Shown here: positions 8,914 through 18,253 of the stretch, one piece after another
Position numbering within the stretch: the stretch's first letter is position 1
Layout: each line of letters opens with the position of its first letter
NCBI GenBank assembly: GCA_041738235.1
Contig: JBGSQF010000018.1
Location: 67,404-117,927, forward strand
DNA: 50,524 bases
DNA from: Minisyncoccia bacterium
GTDB lineage: Bacteria; Patescibacteriota; Minisyncoccia; Moranbacterales; GCA-2747515
Direction: 5' to 3'
Notes under the pieces: generated by a model
The model's input: only the letters and a program-made list of their open reading frames with translations
Database searches by the model: none
Told to the model about the DNA's origin: nothing
Program-made: the position numbers and the translations under genes

Positions 8914-9816
8914 ATGAAGATATCTCAAAATGAGGGGGTGTGGGACCGAATGGTTCGTATTGTGTTGTCTGAGGTTTTCTTCTTGGGAGGATTTTTCTGG
9001 TTAGGAGGTATTTTGCAGGGTGTGGCATATTTTCTGGGCGGAGTTCTTTTGCTGACCGGAGTCTTTGGTTTTTGTGGGATCTATACAATGGTGGGTAAAT
9101 CGACGTGTCCTGTGGATAAGAAGCCAGTCTCACAATGGACCAAGATGGTCTTTATCGTTCTCTTTCTTTTGATCCTGGTGCTTGGAGCCTATTGGAGCAT
9201 ATTCTTTTCTCGAAAGGTGTTTTTGGATGATTTCAACCGGATGAATAATTTTTATAAACAAACTTTGTTCTTTACGGGGCAGGATTCGCGCGATGAGGCG
9301 ATCATGAACTACGATCAGCTCGTAGCGCAATTCAACGAATTTTCAGATAAATATCGGCAGTATCATCCATATGTCATAAAAGGAGACTCGCAGTTCAACT
9401 CTGACTTAGAAAAAGTTTCACAAACGATCGTAGGATTGGAAGAGCAGGTACGATCGGGGGATCTAAAACAGGCTCACCTTGGATTTGAGGGTATCCGCCC
9501 CGTCTTTCAGGAGATGCTTAAGCGGAATGGATTCTCGATGCTTGCCGTATACCTCGTGGACTTTCATGATGTCATGGAACAGGTGATCGAGGCTGCTGAT
9601 GCCAAGGATGCTTCCGGTGTAGAAGCGGCATACAAAGAAGCTGATGCAAAATTAAAACTTGTAGAAGAGGTTGCAAATGATGCTGAGATCCAGATGATTC
9701 GTCAAAAACTTGAAGAGGTTCGAGATCTGGCCAAAAAGGGTCAGGTGGATGAGCTCTCTTCTAAGGCGGCGGAACTCAAAGGTGCTTTTGTAAAAGTCTA
9801 CCTAAAGAGAGGATAG
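8914..9816 (+). CDS. DUF2892/YgaP-like N-terminal membrane domain fused to a helical extracytoplasmic domain
   Basis: NEGVWDRMVR...LLTGVFGFCGIY..GKSTC DUF2892 signature, a third TM, then a helical domain with AH..E and FH..ME. Confidence 0.75.
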   Translation: MKISQNEGVWDRMVRIVLSEVFFLGGFFWLGGILQGVAYFLGGVLLLTGVFGFCGIYTMVGKSTCPVDKKPVSQWTKMVFIVLFLLILVLGAYWSIFFSRKVFLDDFNRMNNFYKQTLFFTGQDSRDEAIMNYDQLVAQFNEFSDKYRQYHPYVIKGDSQFNSDLEKVSQTIVGLEEQVRSGDLKQAHLGFEGIRPVFQEMLKRNGFSMLAVYLVDFHDVMEQVIEAADAKDASGVEAAYKEADAKLKLVEEVANDAEIQMIRQKLEEVRDLAKKGQVDELSSKAAELKGAFVKVYLKRG

Positions 9817-9857
9817 GGGTATACTGTAGTATGAGTTATATTTTCTGTTGCCGCTTT

Positions 9858-10859
9858 TTAAAAAGCGAACATGTTCTCTTTTGTTGTTGTTCTTTGATGT
9901 GAAGACAGGTGAGAGGATTGAGTTGTGTGTGAAGAAGTCGACAAGTCTTTTGTCCATGAAACAGTGCGTTCAATACCTTCTTGTAATGATATCCTGGAAC
10001 TCCAACCGAGCTCGTTATTTGCTTTTGATACGTCCAGAAAACTTCTTTCGTGTTCTCCCGCGATCTCTTGAACGTGGTGTTCTTCAAACTGACGGTTAAA
10101 GTTGGCGTTGAGCAAATGAAAGATCTCGACCGCGTTCGTTTCGATGCCCGTGCCTATGTTGTAGATGCCTGACGTCTCTGGGTTTAATGCAGAGATGTAG
10201 GCGCGTACCACATCTTCTACATAGACATAATCTCGTGTGTGTGTACCATCGCCGTAAATAAAGGGATTTTCTCCTTTAGACATCTTCTCGAGAAAGATCG
10301 CTATAACGCCCGCCTCTCCGTGTGGATTTTGTCTTGGGCCATAAACATTACCACAACGAAGAGAGGTATAGGAAAACCCAAAAACTTTTTGATAGTAGTT
10401 AAGGAAGGCGTCAATGGTAAGTTTGGAAATGGCGTAGGGTGAGAGTGGGTGCGTCTCGGCCGATTCTGTTGCGGGGACATTGCAACTTGCTTGGTACATC
10501 GCCCCTCCTGTAGAAGCAAAAATGATCTTTTTGGCAGCGTGTTGATGTGCGAGGCGAATAATATTTATACTCCCCAGGATATTAATATATGAGCTGGATA
10601 TTGGGTGTGTAATAGAATCTCGGACACTGATATGTGCGGCAAGATGAAAAACGATCTCTGGGCGTTCAAAATCAAAGATCTTTTTGGTAAAAGAGTCGTC
10701 AGTGATATCACATAGGTAAAAGCGGACCTTTGGGTGAAGGTTTTCTCGTTTTCCACTTGAGAGGTTGTCGAGGACGGAAACATCGTGACCGCGATCGACG
10801 AGTACATCAACAAGGTGCGATCCAATAAATCCCGCTCCTCCGGTTACCAATATTTTCAT
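9858..10859 (-). CDS. NAD-dependent nucleotide-sugar epimerase (UDP-glucose 4-epimerase-like)
   Basis: GGAGFIGS, HLAA, YAISK (YxxxK), NVYGPRQ, TRDYVYV. Confidence 0.92.
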   Translation of the reverse strand: MKILVTGGAGFIGSHLVDVLVDRGHDVSVLDNLSSGKRENLHPKVRFYLCDITDDSFTKKIFDFERPEIVFHLAAHISVRDSITHPISSSYINILGSINIIRLAHQHAAKKIIFASTGGAMYQASCNVPATESAETHPLSPYAISKLTIDAFLNYYQKVFGFSYTSLRCGNVYGPRQNPHGEAGVIAIFLEKMSKGENPFIYGDGTHTRDYVYVEDVVRAYISALNPETSGIYNIGTGIETNAVEIFHLLNANFNRQFEEHHVQEIAGEHERSFLDVSKANNELGWSSRISLQEGIERTVSWTKDLSTSSHTTQSSHLSSHQRTTTKENMFAF

Positions 10860-10926
10860 GAGGATATCTTTTGCGAATTGATCGAATATTTTGGTATTGG
10901 ATCAATGAAAAAAATAGTTTTTGGGT

Positions 10927-10957
10927 GGGAGGGGGAGAATGTTCTCTTCCCCCTCCC
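10927..10957 (-). terminator. GC-rich hairpin downstream of the 10966-11706 gene
   Basis: GGGAGGGGGAGA...TCTTCCCCCTCCC inverted repeat just after the stop; the U tract is not immediately adjacent. Confidence 0.55.
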
Positions 10958-10965
10958 GGCCTCGG

Positions 10966-11706
10966 TTAGTCGGACATGAGCTTCCAGGCGCCGATGATCG
11001 ACGTCAGGAGCTCATCCGACCAGGTGCGGTAGCGACGGAAAATCAAATCCATCGCTTCGCGTTCGCGCATTTCCTTCTGGGCCTGGTTGTAGTGCTTGCC
11101 GACGATGAGGTTGACGGCAAGATCCAACATCCGGGTCTCGTATCCCGCGAATACTTTTAAGCGGTAGACGAAATCGATGTCTTCCATGCCCCCGATGTCG
11201 TCGCAGAACGAATCGAAGTCACGAACCATCCGGTGTCCGAACACGGACAGGCGGATGATCATCCCGGTGTTGCGAGGGTGGCGATACGACCGGCCGAGAC
11301 CGATCACATTGCCTTCCTGCATACCGCGGAAGCTCGTGCCGACGATGCCGACTTTCGTATCGGTGAACTCGGCGACCATCGCCTCGAGGTGCGTTTTCGT
11401 GAAACGCGCCTCGACCGAAACGTTGAAGACGAACTCGAAACGTTGTGACCGTTCCTCGTTCAGGAGGTTGATGTGGTTGAGTGCACGATTGAGCGCATTC
11501 GACCATGTGTATCCGCTCATCATCTCGATGAGGTGCACGTTCGGATCGCTCAGCTCGTTGAGCCAGGCGCGGGTCGCACCCTTGTCCTGTTCGCCGTCGG
11601 TGACGACGATTATGCAGGGGAGGAATGCGCGCAGGGCCTTGACCTGCTTGAGAACTGCTCCGTTGTTGTAGCTACGGAGCACCACAACAGTGGTATTCAA
11701 CGACAT
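10966..11706 (-). CDS. Divergent GT-A (GT2-like) fold protein, GC-rich
   Basis: VVVLRSYN, IIVVTDG, WSNALNRAL, FD..GGMEDIDF..RL pattern; AAGGAG SD; visibly higher GC than neighbours. Confidence 0.7.
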   Translation of the reverse strand: MSLNTTVVVLRSYNNGAVLKQVKALRAFLPCIIVVTDGEQDKGATRAWLNELSDPNVHLIEMMSGYTWSNALNRALNHINLLNEERSQRFEFVFNVSVEARFTKTHLEAMVAEFTDTKVGIVGTSFRGMQEGNVIGLGRSYRHPRNTGMIIRLSVFGHRMVRDFDSFCDDIGGMEDIDFVYRLKVFAGYETRMLDLAVNLIVGKHYNQAQKEMREREAMDLIFRRYRTWSDELLTSIIGAWKLMSD

Positions 11707-11836
11707 TTTGATCTCCTTTTTCGTCCCATCGGACGAACGGATGGATGGTGCTACAGAGTTGCCAGACCCGCCCCATATGGGCAGAAGGCGTTTTGTGTCT
11801 TTAAGAGGACACAGTTCGCATTTCTACGAACTGAAA

Positions 11837-11865
11837 AATATAGCAACTTTTTACTAAAATGTCAA
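11837..11865 (-). promoter_or_regulatory. Sigma70-type promoter preceding a ~125-nt structured leader
   Basis: Minus strand TTGACA-N17-TATATT with extended TG. Confidence 0.7.
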
Positions 11866-11929
11866 GACTTCTTGTGTGTTAGGGTGTATACTGGTACAGT
11901 ATGGTGCGACACTGATTATCGATATTTTT

Positions 11930-12946
11930 ATGAATGGTACAAAAATGTTTCAAAAGATAGGGTTTTTCCCCGTGGTGGCAGCGCTTTTGGGAAATGTGTG
12001 TATTGCGGTCATGAAGTTTGTGGGATTTTTTTTCACGGGGTCGGGGGCACTTTTTTCGGAGGCGGTACATAGTGTGGCCGATACCATAAATCAAGCTCTT
12101 TTGTTGGTGGGGATCCGTCTTTCTGCGCGAAAGGCAGATAAACAGTATTCGTATGGATATGGTTTGGACAGGTTCTTATGGGCACTTATCTCTGCATGTG
12201 GAATATTCTTTCTTGGGGCTGGGGTCACCATCTATCATGGTGTACATGCACTTCTGTTTGGTGGGTCATTGCATATAGATCCGATCGCCTTTTGGATATT
12301 GGGGGCGTCGTTCATTATTGAGACCATTACTTTTCTTCTGGCCTTAAGAGAGCTGAGGTCACATAGTCCCGAGGTTGGCTTTAGAGAAATGTTGCGAGAA
12401 GGTGACCCATCAACTGTAGCGGTCTTATATGAAGATGGTGTTGCGGTTTTAGGAGTGGTCGTTGCCTTTTTTAGCATCCTTCTTTCTCTTATAACACATG
12501 ATCCAATATGGGATGCATGGGGTTCGATCGTCATTGGTGCTCTTTTAGCGGTTATTGCTGTAGTGCTTATTCAAAAGAACCGTTCGTATCTTTTGCGAAA
12601 AACGATACCGGAAGGAGCAAAAGAGCATATTCTTGAGATCATGAAAGCGGACCCGGCCATAGAGAAGGTGATCGACTTTAAATCTTCCATATTGGATGTT
12701 AATGAATATCAGATCAAATGCGAGGTGGAATTCAATGGTCCGGCGTTGATGGGGGAGATCATGGGGAGCAGTTCGATCCGAGATGAATACGAGAATGTAC
12801 AGAATGACTACCAAGAGTTTCTTAAGTTTTTGGTCTATTCTGTGGGACGCGTTCCTCGTCTCATGGGTAACCATATCGACGATATTGAAGCTAGGATCCA
12901 GGAAGAGATCCCAGAGGTAAAACACATAGACATCGAGATAAATTAA
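11930..12946 (+). CDS. Cation diffusion facilitator (ZnT9-like subfamily)
   Basis: TGSGALFSEAVHSVADT.NQ.LL, YGYG, VLYEDGVAVLG, WDAWGSIVIG; C-terminal cytoplasmic domain. Confidence 0.9.
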   Translation: MNGTKMFQKIGFFPVVAALLGNVCIAVMKFVGFFFTGSGALFSEAVHSVADTINQALLLVGIRLSARKADKQYSYGYGLDRFLWALISACGIFFLGAGVTIYHGVHALLFGGSLHIDPIAFWILGASFIIETITFLLALRELRSHSPEVGFREMLREGDPSTVAVLYEDGVAVLGVVVAFFSILLSLITHDPIWDAWGSIVIGALLAVIAVVLIQKNRSYLLRKTIPEGAKEHILEIMKADPAIEKVIDFKSSILDVNEYQIKCEVEFNGPALMGEIMGSSSIRDEYENVQNDYQEFLKFLVYSVGRVPRLMGNHIDDIEARIQEEIPEVKHIDIEIN

Positions 12947-13036
12947 AAGTAGAGTTTTTCAAACGGAATGAAATTTTCACGTTCTTTTTGGGTATTATAG
13001 GAAAAGAGGTTGTCTAATGTGTTAATCCACAAATCT

Positions 13037-13375
13037 ATGAAAATGGTACTAGTATCTTCTTTAGGGGTGTTTTCTTTGCCGGCGTTTGCGTTTGCGGAGA
13101 GAGGTGTCTATGGACCTGATATGATGGGGTATGGCTATATGAACAATGGTTGGGGGCTAGGCTTGGGTATACTGGGCGGGATCATTGAGTTGGCCTTTTG
13201 GATATTTGTGGTTTTAATGGTCGTTTATGTGATAAAGTATATCGTTTCGGAAAAGAGGCATCTTGCGAAGGGAGGGGACAGTGCTTTGAGGATACTTCGA
13301 GAGCGTTATGCCAGAGGGGAGATAAACAAAGAAGAATTTGAGTCACGAAAAGATGATCTGCAAGGAAAGAAGTGA
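13037..13375 (+). CDS. SHOCT-domain membrane protein
   Basis: GxxMMG-rich N-terminus, TM helix, C-terminal ALRILRERYARGEINKEEFE. Confidence 0.88.
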   Translation: MKMVLVSSLGVFSLPAFAFAERGVYGPDMMGYGYMNNGWGLGLGILGGIIELAFWIFVVLMVVYVIKYIVSEKRHLAKGGDSALRILRERYARGEINKEEFESRKDDLQGKK

Positions 13376-13600
13376 CAATTTGTAAGGATACCTCCAGTTA
13401 TGCGGGGGTGCCTTTTTGTTTTGAAGAGTTCTTTGGAAAGAAGAGATAAGCTCAAGAGAAGGTTTACATTGGGAGCGCGCGAGAGTATAGTAAAAGAAGA
13501 GGCGTTTCGGGTTTTTTCTATGGTTTTTAGGATCTTTGTTCGTAAAATGGAGAAATTGACAGCGCTATTCTTGCGTCTTTTGTTTTTTTAAGAGGGTTTT

Positions 13601-15247
13601 ATGGCACAAAAAGAAGGCACTCCGATCAAACATCTTTTGGAAGTGCTTGAAGGAACAGAGAGCAATGATGGAGTAACCAAGGCGAAACCGGGGGAGGCAG
13701 TGATCAATGTCCCACTTCTGACCTCTTCTGCTTCGTCGTTCTATGAGCGAATGCGTTCCCTTTTGGATAATAAGGAGCAGCATGTTATTAGGTGGCACAC
13801 CATCCATCGGACGTTAGGTCGTTTAATGCGAGGGTCCTCGGATGATGTTTTTATATCCACAGAACTTCTTAGGGAGTTAGTGGCTGACGGATTTCTTCCA
13901 AATGACTCCGTCCCCATTTCGGTCGCGAGTAAGGTGCAGTATATTCTTCTGAAATATCGGATCGTACAAGAGAAGTTCGGCCTTCCTGAGCTTTTTAAAA
14001 TTGCTGTGAGTGAGGTGGAGGTGACTCTGTATGGAAACCACAACGAACTGTACGTACAGGCATTATATGAAACTGTTCGTAACTCTGTTGTATATGATGA
14101 GGATCTTCGGGAAGAGAATGATCGATCAAAGGCTTTTGCGGACATGCATCTTTACATTGCCTGTCGACGGGCGCTCTTGGAAGATGATGAATCAGCTCTG
14201 TTGTATGGTGTCTGGATCAAATATTTTCCGGAGTGGGAACAATTCGTGGATATTGGAGGAAAGGATATTGATCAGATCCCGTCAATAGTGCATTTTGCTC
14301 TGCAGGGGATCGCAAGCCCGATATATAGGAGGATCGCGCGAAAATTACGGGATCAATCTATCTATTTTACAGTTTTGAGGGAGCTCTTGGAAAGGAAAAG
14401 AGATGTTTTAATGGAGGATGAGAGAGCGGTGCAAAAGGAGATCTATGCAACCGTTGCGCAGCTGTCCCAATCACATTCTATCGCGGTACGAGAAACGGGT
14501 ATGCGGGCATTTTGGTATATTCTTATTACAAAGACGGCCGTTATTTTGCCAGTGGAATACTTTCTATCCAAGTTGTTTTTTCCTCCAGTAGAGACGTTTC
14601 CGTTATTGGTGAATTTGGTATTTCACCCGACCCTGCTTCTTGTGATGACGCAAACGATGCAGGTGCCTAAAAGAATAAACACGGATATGATCGTGTTTGG
14701 GGTGGAGCGGATCCTTGCGGGTCAGCAGACCGATCCAATACATATCCGCTCAGTAAAAGGAGTACGGTCTATATATTTTACCATCTATTTTTTGGTTGTT
14801 TTGGGTGTATTCTCCTTTTCGGTGTGGCTGTTAGGAGAATTTGGGTTTACCCCTATAAACACCCTTTTCTTTATGGTCCTTTTAGGTGTTATTAGCTTTT
14901 TTGCTTTTCGTGTTCGAACAAAAGCAAAGAAATTTGTTTTGCGAAGGTATGAAGAGATGAAACCTTCCAATTTTTGGTTTTCTATCATTACTATTCCTTT
15001 CATCGATGCGGGGAGACGTCTCAGTGAAGGATTTCGTGCCATCAATATATTTACTGAGGTGATGGATATTTTTATAGAAGTCCCTTTTAAGACCTTGGTT
15101 AGGGCGATAGGCATCTTTCTTCCTTTCTTGGAAAAAACGCTCCTTCGTGTGATCGATATGTTCTTATTTTCTCCGTTGGCGTTTTTGATGCGAATAAAGC
15201 GATCCTTCTCGATATTTATAAAGGAGAGAAAAGAAGATATCGATTAA
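13601..15247 (+). CDS. Conserved hypothetical membrane protein (soluble N-terminus, ~4 C-terminal TMs)
   Basis: 548-aa ORF; YERMRSLLDNKEQHVIR segment resembles a family I associate with Parcubacteria (from memory, unverified). Confidence 0.75.
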   Translation: MAQKEGTPIKHLLEVLEGTESNDGVTKAKPGEAVINVPLLTSSASSFYERMRSLLDNKEQHVIRWHTIHRTLGRLMRGSSDDVFISTELLRELVADGFLPNDSVPISVASKVQYILLKYRIVQEKFGLPELFKIAVSEVEVTLYGNHNELYVQALYETVRNSVVYDEDLREENDRSKAFADMHLYIACRRALLEDDESALLYGVWIKYFPEWEQFVDIGGKDIDQIPSIVHFALQGIASPIYRRIARKLRDQSIYFTVLRELLERKRDVLMEDERAVQKEIYATVAQLSQSHSIAVRETGMRAFWYILITKTAVILPVEYFLSKLFFPPVETFPLLVNLVFHPTLLLVMTQTMQVPKRINTDMIVFGVERILAGQQTDPIHIRSVKGVRSIYFTIYFLVVLGVFSFSVWLLGEFGFTPINTLFFMVLLGVISFFAFRVRTKAKKFVLRRYEEMKPSNFWFSIITIPFIDAGRRLSEGFRAINIFTEVMDIFIEVPFKTLVRAIGIFLPFLEKTLLRVIDMFLFSPLAFLMRIKRSFSIFIKERKEDID

Positions 15248-16161
15248 AGAAACTCACGCAGGATCTCTTTACGGAGCCAGAGACGAGGGGCGACGCCGAT
15301 AGCCCCTTCAAATTTAGCTCCCGTTTTTTGGGTAAGGTGTTCCTGTATGAACGTGTTATCGGAGACAAAGTAAGTTCTTCCCGTATGGATGGATGGAGCA
15401 TTGAGAAACCAATAGGTATTGCCAAACTCGGAAAGTGTTTTCCGGATGAGAGCCTCGTTTTTTCGAATGAAGGACTCACTATCCCAGAGTTCCAGCTGTC
15501 CAATGACGAACGTCTTCCCAATACTTTGAACTTCTTGTATTTTAGTGTCTTCTCGGAGGGTCTTGGGGATGTTGCTATTAAGGGTCTTTTCTTGATCTAA
15601 AAAGTATCCTTCTGTCAGGGCATCGGAGATATTCCCGCGGGCTTTAAGTTCTTGAAAGGCAACGTGGTCGCGCTCGGTGGTGATGCCTGAGCGAAAATTG
15701 AGCGTGTTGGAGATGATGCCAAGTGCTAAGAGTGTGGCAGACTTTCGTGTGATCTTTCCGTTGTTTCTTTTCTTGCACTCCTCCCAAATGAGTGTTGTAC
15801 AAGCACCAACCGCTTCGATTTTGGCCCGATCACCAATTTTCTTCTTCCAAAAGGATTCAAAGCCAAAGTGGTGATCATACACTTCAATAATAGTGGATTC
15901 ATTGGCGAAGAGAGGTAGGTGAGATGGCTCCGAAATATCCATGATAACCACTTGTTTTGGATTGGGTATTGTAGGTTTTGTAACAAAGAAGTTTCCCGCA
16001 AGGTCCTTCAGAGAGCTGGTCACACTGTGATTGAGTGCTCCGGTAAGAACAACTTGAACGTTTTTGCCTTCAGTAAGGAGGAGTTCTCGGTACGCAAAGA
16101 CACAGGCAAAGGCATCAATGTCGACATATTTTTCTCCGGAGGTGATAGTGTATAGGCTCAT
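15244..16161 (-). CDS. DHH-family phosphoesterase, Mn-dependent inorganic pyrophosphatase (PpaC)-like
   Basis: DIDA, DHH, VGACTTL, IISNTLNF and C-terminal LRK motifs. Confidence 0.8.
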   Translation of the reverse strand: MSLYTITSGEKYVDIDAFACVFAYRELLLTEGKNVQVVLTGALNHSVTSSLKDLAGNFFVTKPTIPNPKQVVIMDISEPSHLPLFANESTIIEVYDHHFGFESFWKKKIGDRAKIEAVGACTTLIWEECKKRNNGKITRKSATLLALGIISNTLNFRSGITTERDHVAFQELKARGNISDALTEGYFLDQEKTLNSNIPKTLREDTKIQEVQSIGKTFVIGQLELWDSESFIRKNEALIRKTLSEFGNTYWFLNAPSIHTGRTYFVSDNTFIQEHLTQKTGAKFEGAIGVAPRLWLRKEILREFL

Positions 16162-16226
16162 AACAATGAGAAAGGGAGGTTGTTATTTTTACTACATGGT
16201 ATAATGGTAGCATCTTTTTACAGTCT

Positions 16227-17462
16227 ATGGAAAATCGTGTTGGATTGTATTGTTGGGCAGGTCCGGGAACCATTCGTGTCACAAACACGAAGTTTTTTCA
16301 TCCGAAGATAGACGAGAAGAGTTTTTTGCGGAGTTATGATATTGACTATCTGAGGAAGGTAAAAAATATCTTTGGGGTGACTGATATGTGGGTGACCTAT
16401 TCGTGGGGTTATGCAAAGAATGTTGAGAAAGTAGATAGGGAATTCATTCTCTCGAGGCTAAAGAATTTTAGAACAGTGGGCATACGAACACATGCTTATA
16501 TACAGGGAACAAACTTGGTTTATGAACATTTTCGAGATCGAGATTGGTTCTGTGTGGATGATCGGGGAAAGCGAGTGTCCTATTCAAAGGGAAGAAAAGT
16601 GGTATGTGTAAACAACCCGGGATTTCGTAAATACCAAAAGAGAAAGATTCGAGAAGCGTGTCAGCATGCTTTTGATGGAATATTCCTTGATAATATTCAG
16701 ATGGGAAAACTGGGGATCCCGGGGGGAGAAAAGCATAGTAGTGCTTTTGTGGGATGTTGTTGTAGGTATTGCGAAGAAAAGTTTAAGGATCGTTACAGGC
16801 AGTCTATTCCCAAGATACTCAAACCTCGAACTGTTGTACGAGAGCAGTATGTGCAGTTTCGAGTGGATTCTATTTCTGACTTTTTACAAGAGATGAGTGA
16901 CGTTGTATATACATATAAGAAGGACTTTGGCACGAATAGTTATGATCCAAGATTTGATACGCGCTACTGTTTCGGAGCTGACCTAGAGAAGGTATGTTCT
17001 TTGCAAAGCTATTTGCTTTTTGAGAATCATTCTTTTCCTGATGGAAAAAAGAAGGGGAATGCTTACATAGATCAATTAATCATTGAAAAAGGATTTCGAA
17101 AGCCGGTGTTTGTGGTGAGTTATAAGAAGGGAATAGGATTTGATCAAGGATACAGTCAGGAGGATATGAACAGGCTCTTTAGCGAAGAACAACAGTCACT
17201 TTTTTTTGTGTGTATCAAAGGGTCGGAGTATATTACACGGAAGGTTTGGCATAATCTCGAGGTAGAGAAATATAAAAAACCCACGCTTTCAAATTATCCG
17301 ATCATACCGCTCAAGAAAAGAAGGGGACGATCCATCCTGACATATCCGGGTATCGACCTTCTTTTTCGTAGATATGGGGGATTGTTGTTTGATTGGTACT
17401 GGAACTCTCGTTTGGCCAGAAGGGTCTTTTCTTTCCTCTATAAGAGGATTGTGGTACAGTGA
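16227..17462 (+). CDS. Putative glycoside hydrolase-like TIM-barrel protein
   Basis: CVNNPGFR...FDGIFLDN, CCCRYC..KF and FR..SI..F segments typical of GH42/GH36/GHL-type barrels. Confidence 0.6.
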   Translation: MENRVGLYCWAGPGTIRVTNTKFFHPKIDEKSFLRSYDIDYLRKVKNIFGVTDMWVTYSWGYAKNVEKVDREFILSRLKNFRTVGIRTHAYIQGTNLVYEHFRDRDWFCVDDRGKRVSYSKGRKVVCVNNPGFRKYQKRKIREACQHAFDGIFLDNIQMGKLGIPGGEKHSSAFVGCCCRYCEEKFKDRYRQSIPKILKPRTVVREQYVQFRVDSISDFLQEMSDVVYTYKKDFGTNSYDPRFDTRYCFGADLEKVCSLQSYLLFENHSFPDGKKKGNAYIDQLIIEKGFRKPVFVVSYKKGIGFDQGYSQEDMNRLFSEEQQSLFFVCIKGSEYITRKVWHNLEVEKYKKPTLSNYPIIPLKKRRGRSILTYPGIDLLFRRYGGLLFDWYWNSRLARRVFSFLYKRIVVQ

Positions 17463-17513
17463 TGGGGCAGAGGTGTAAAAAAGTAAGATAAGGGATTGGT
17501 CAATATATATTGT

Positions 17514-18215
17514 ATGATCGAGAAGATAACTCAAGCATATCAGAAATATAGGGGGAAAAGCCCAAAGTGGAGCGCTTTTATTGCCTCCAAGCCAGTGTTG
17601 TTTGTTCTGAATCTATTTGGTTGGCCGAGCCGAGTGGTTAAAAAACTCTATCGATGGGTGGTGAAATGGGCCGGGACTAGGTATGCGGAGCGGGCTCTTT
17701 TTGGAATTGCTTTTGCAGAAAGCTCTTTTTTCCCCATACCGCCAGATCCACTGCTTATTGCAATGACAACGGTGCATCCCAAGAAGTATATCCGATTCGC
17801 TCTGATTTGCACGGGAGCAAGTGTTTTGGGGGGTCTTTTTGGGTATCTTATCGGTGTAACGCTCTTTGAAACGGTGGGTGTTTGGTTGGTGAACCTATAT
17901 CATCTTGAGGCGCAATTTCAGATCATTGGAAATAGATATGCAGAAAATGCATTTTTAACGATCTTTACCGCAGCCTTCACACCCATTCCTTTCAAGCTCA
18001 TTACCATTGCAGCGGGGGTGTTTCGAGTGAACATTTTCATATTTTTCCTAGCGTCGGTCATTGGTCGTGGTGCTCGATTTTTTCTCGTGGCTTTTCTGAT
18101 GCACCATTTCGGACAGCGTTATAAGGATACTATCGAAAAGTATGTGGACGTCTTTTCACTCGCATTCGTAGTGATTCTTGTTGCCGGATTTATGGTTTTT
18201 AAATATTTATTATAG
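17514..18215 (+). CDS. YqaA-like DedA/VTT family protein
   Basis: AFAESSFFPIPPD, SVLGG..GY.IG, FTPIPFK..TIAAG, GRGARFF. Confidence 0.92.
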   Translation: MIEKITQAYQKYRGKSPKWSAFIASKPVLFVLNLFGWPSRVVKKLYRWVVKWAGTRYAERALFGIAFAESSFFPIPPDPLLIAMTTVHPKKYIRFALICTGASVLGGLFGYLIGVTLFETVGVWLVNLYHLEAQFQIIGNRYAENAFLTIFTAAFTPIPFKLITIAAGVFRVNIFIFFLASVIGRGARFFLVAFLMHHFGQRYKDTIEKYVDVFSLAFVVILVAGFMVFKYLL

Positions 18216-18253
18216 GAGTCTGTTTGGTATTTGGTCCTATTGATCATTTTTTT

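Noticed and set aside
11177-12072. Plus-strand ORFs of 164 and 199 aa over the GC-rich gene
   Set aside because: Shadow ORFs expected in GC-rich DNA; the minus-strand gene has a promoter, SD and GT-like motifs.
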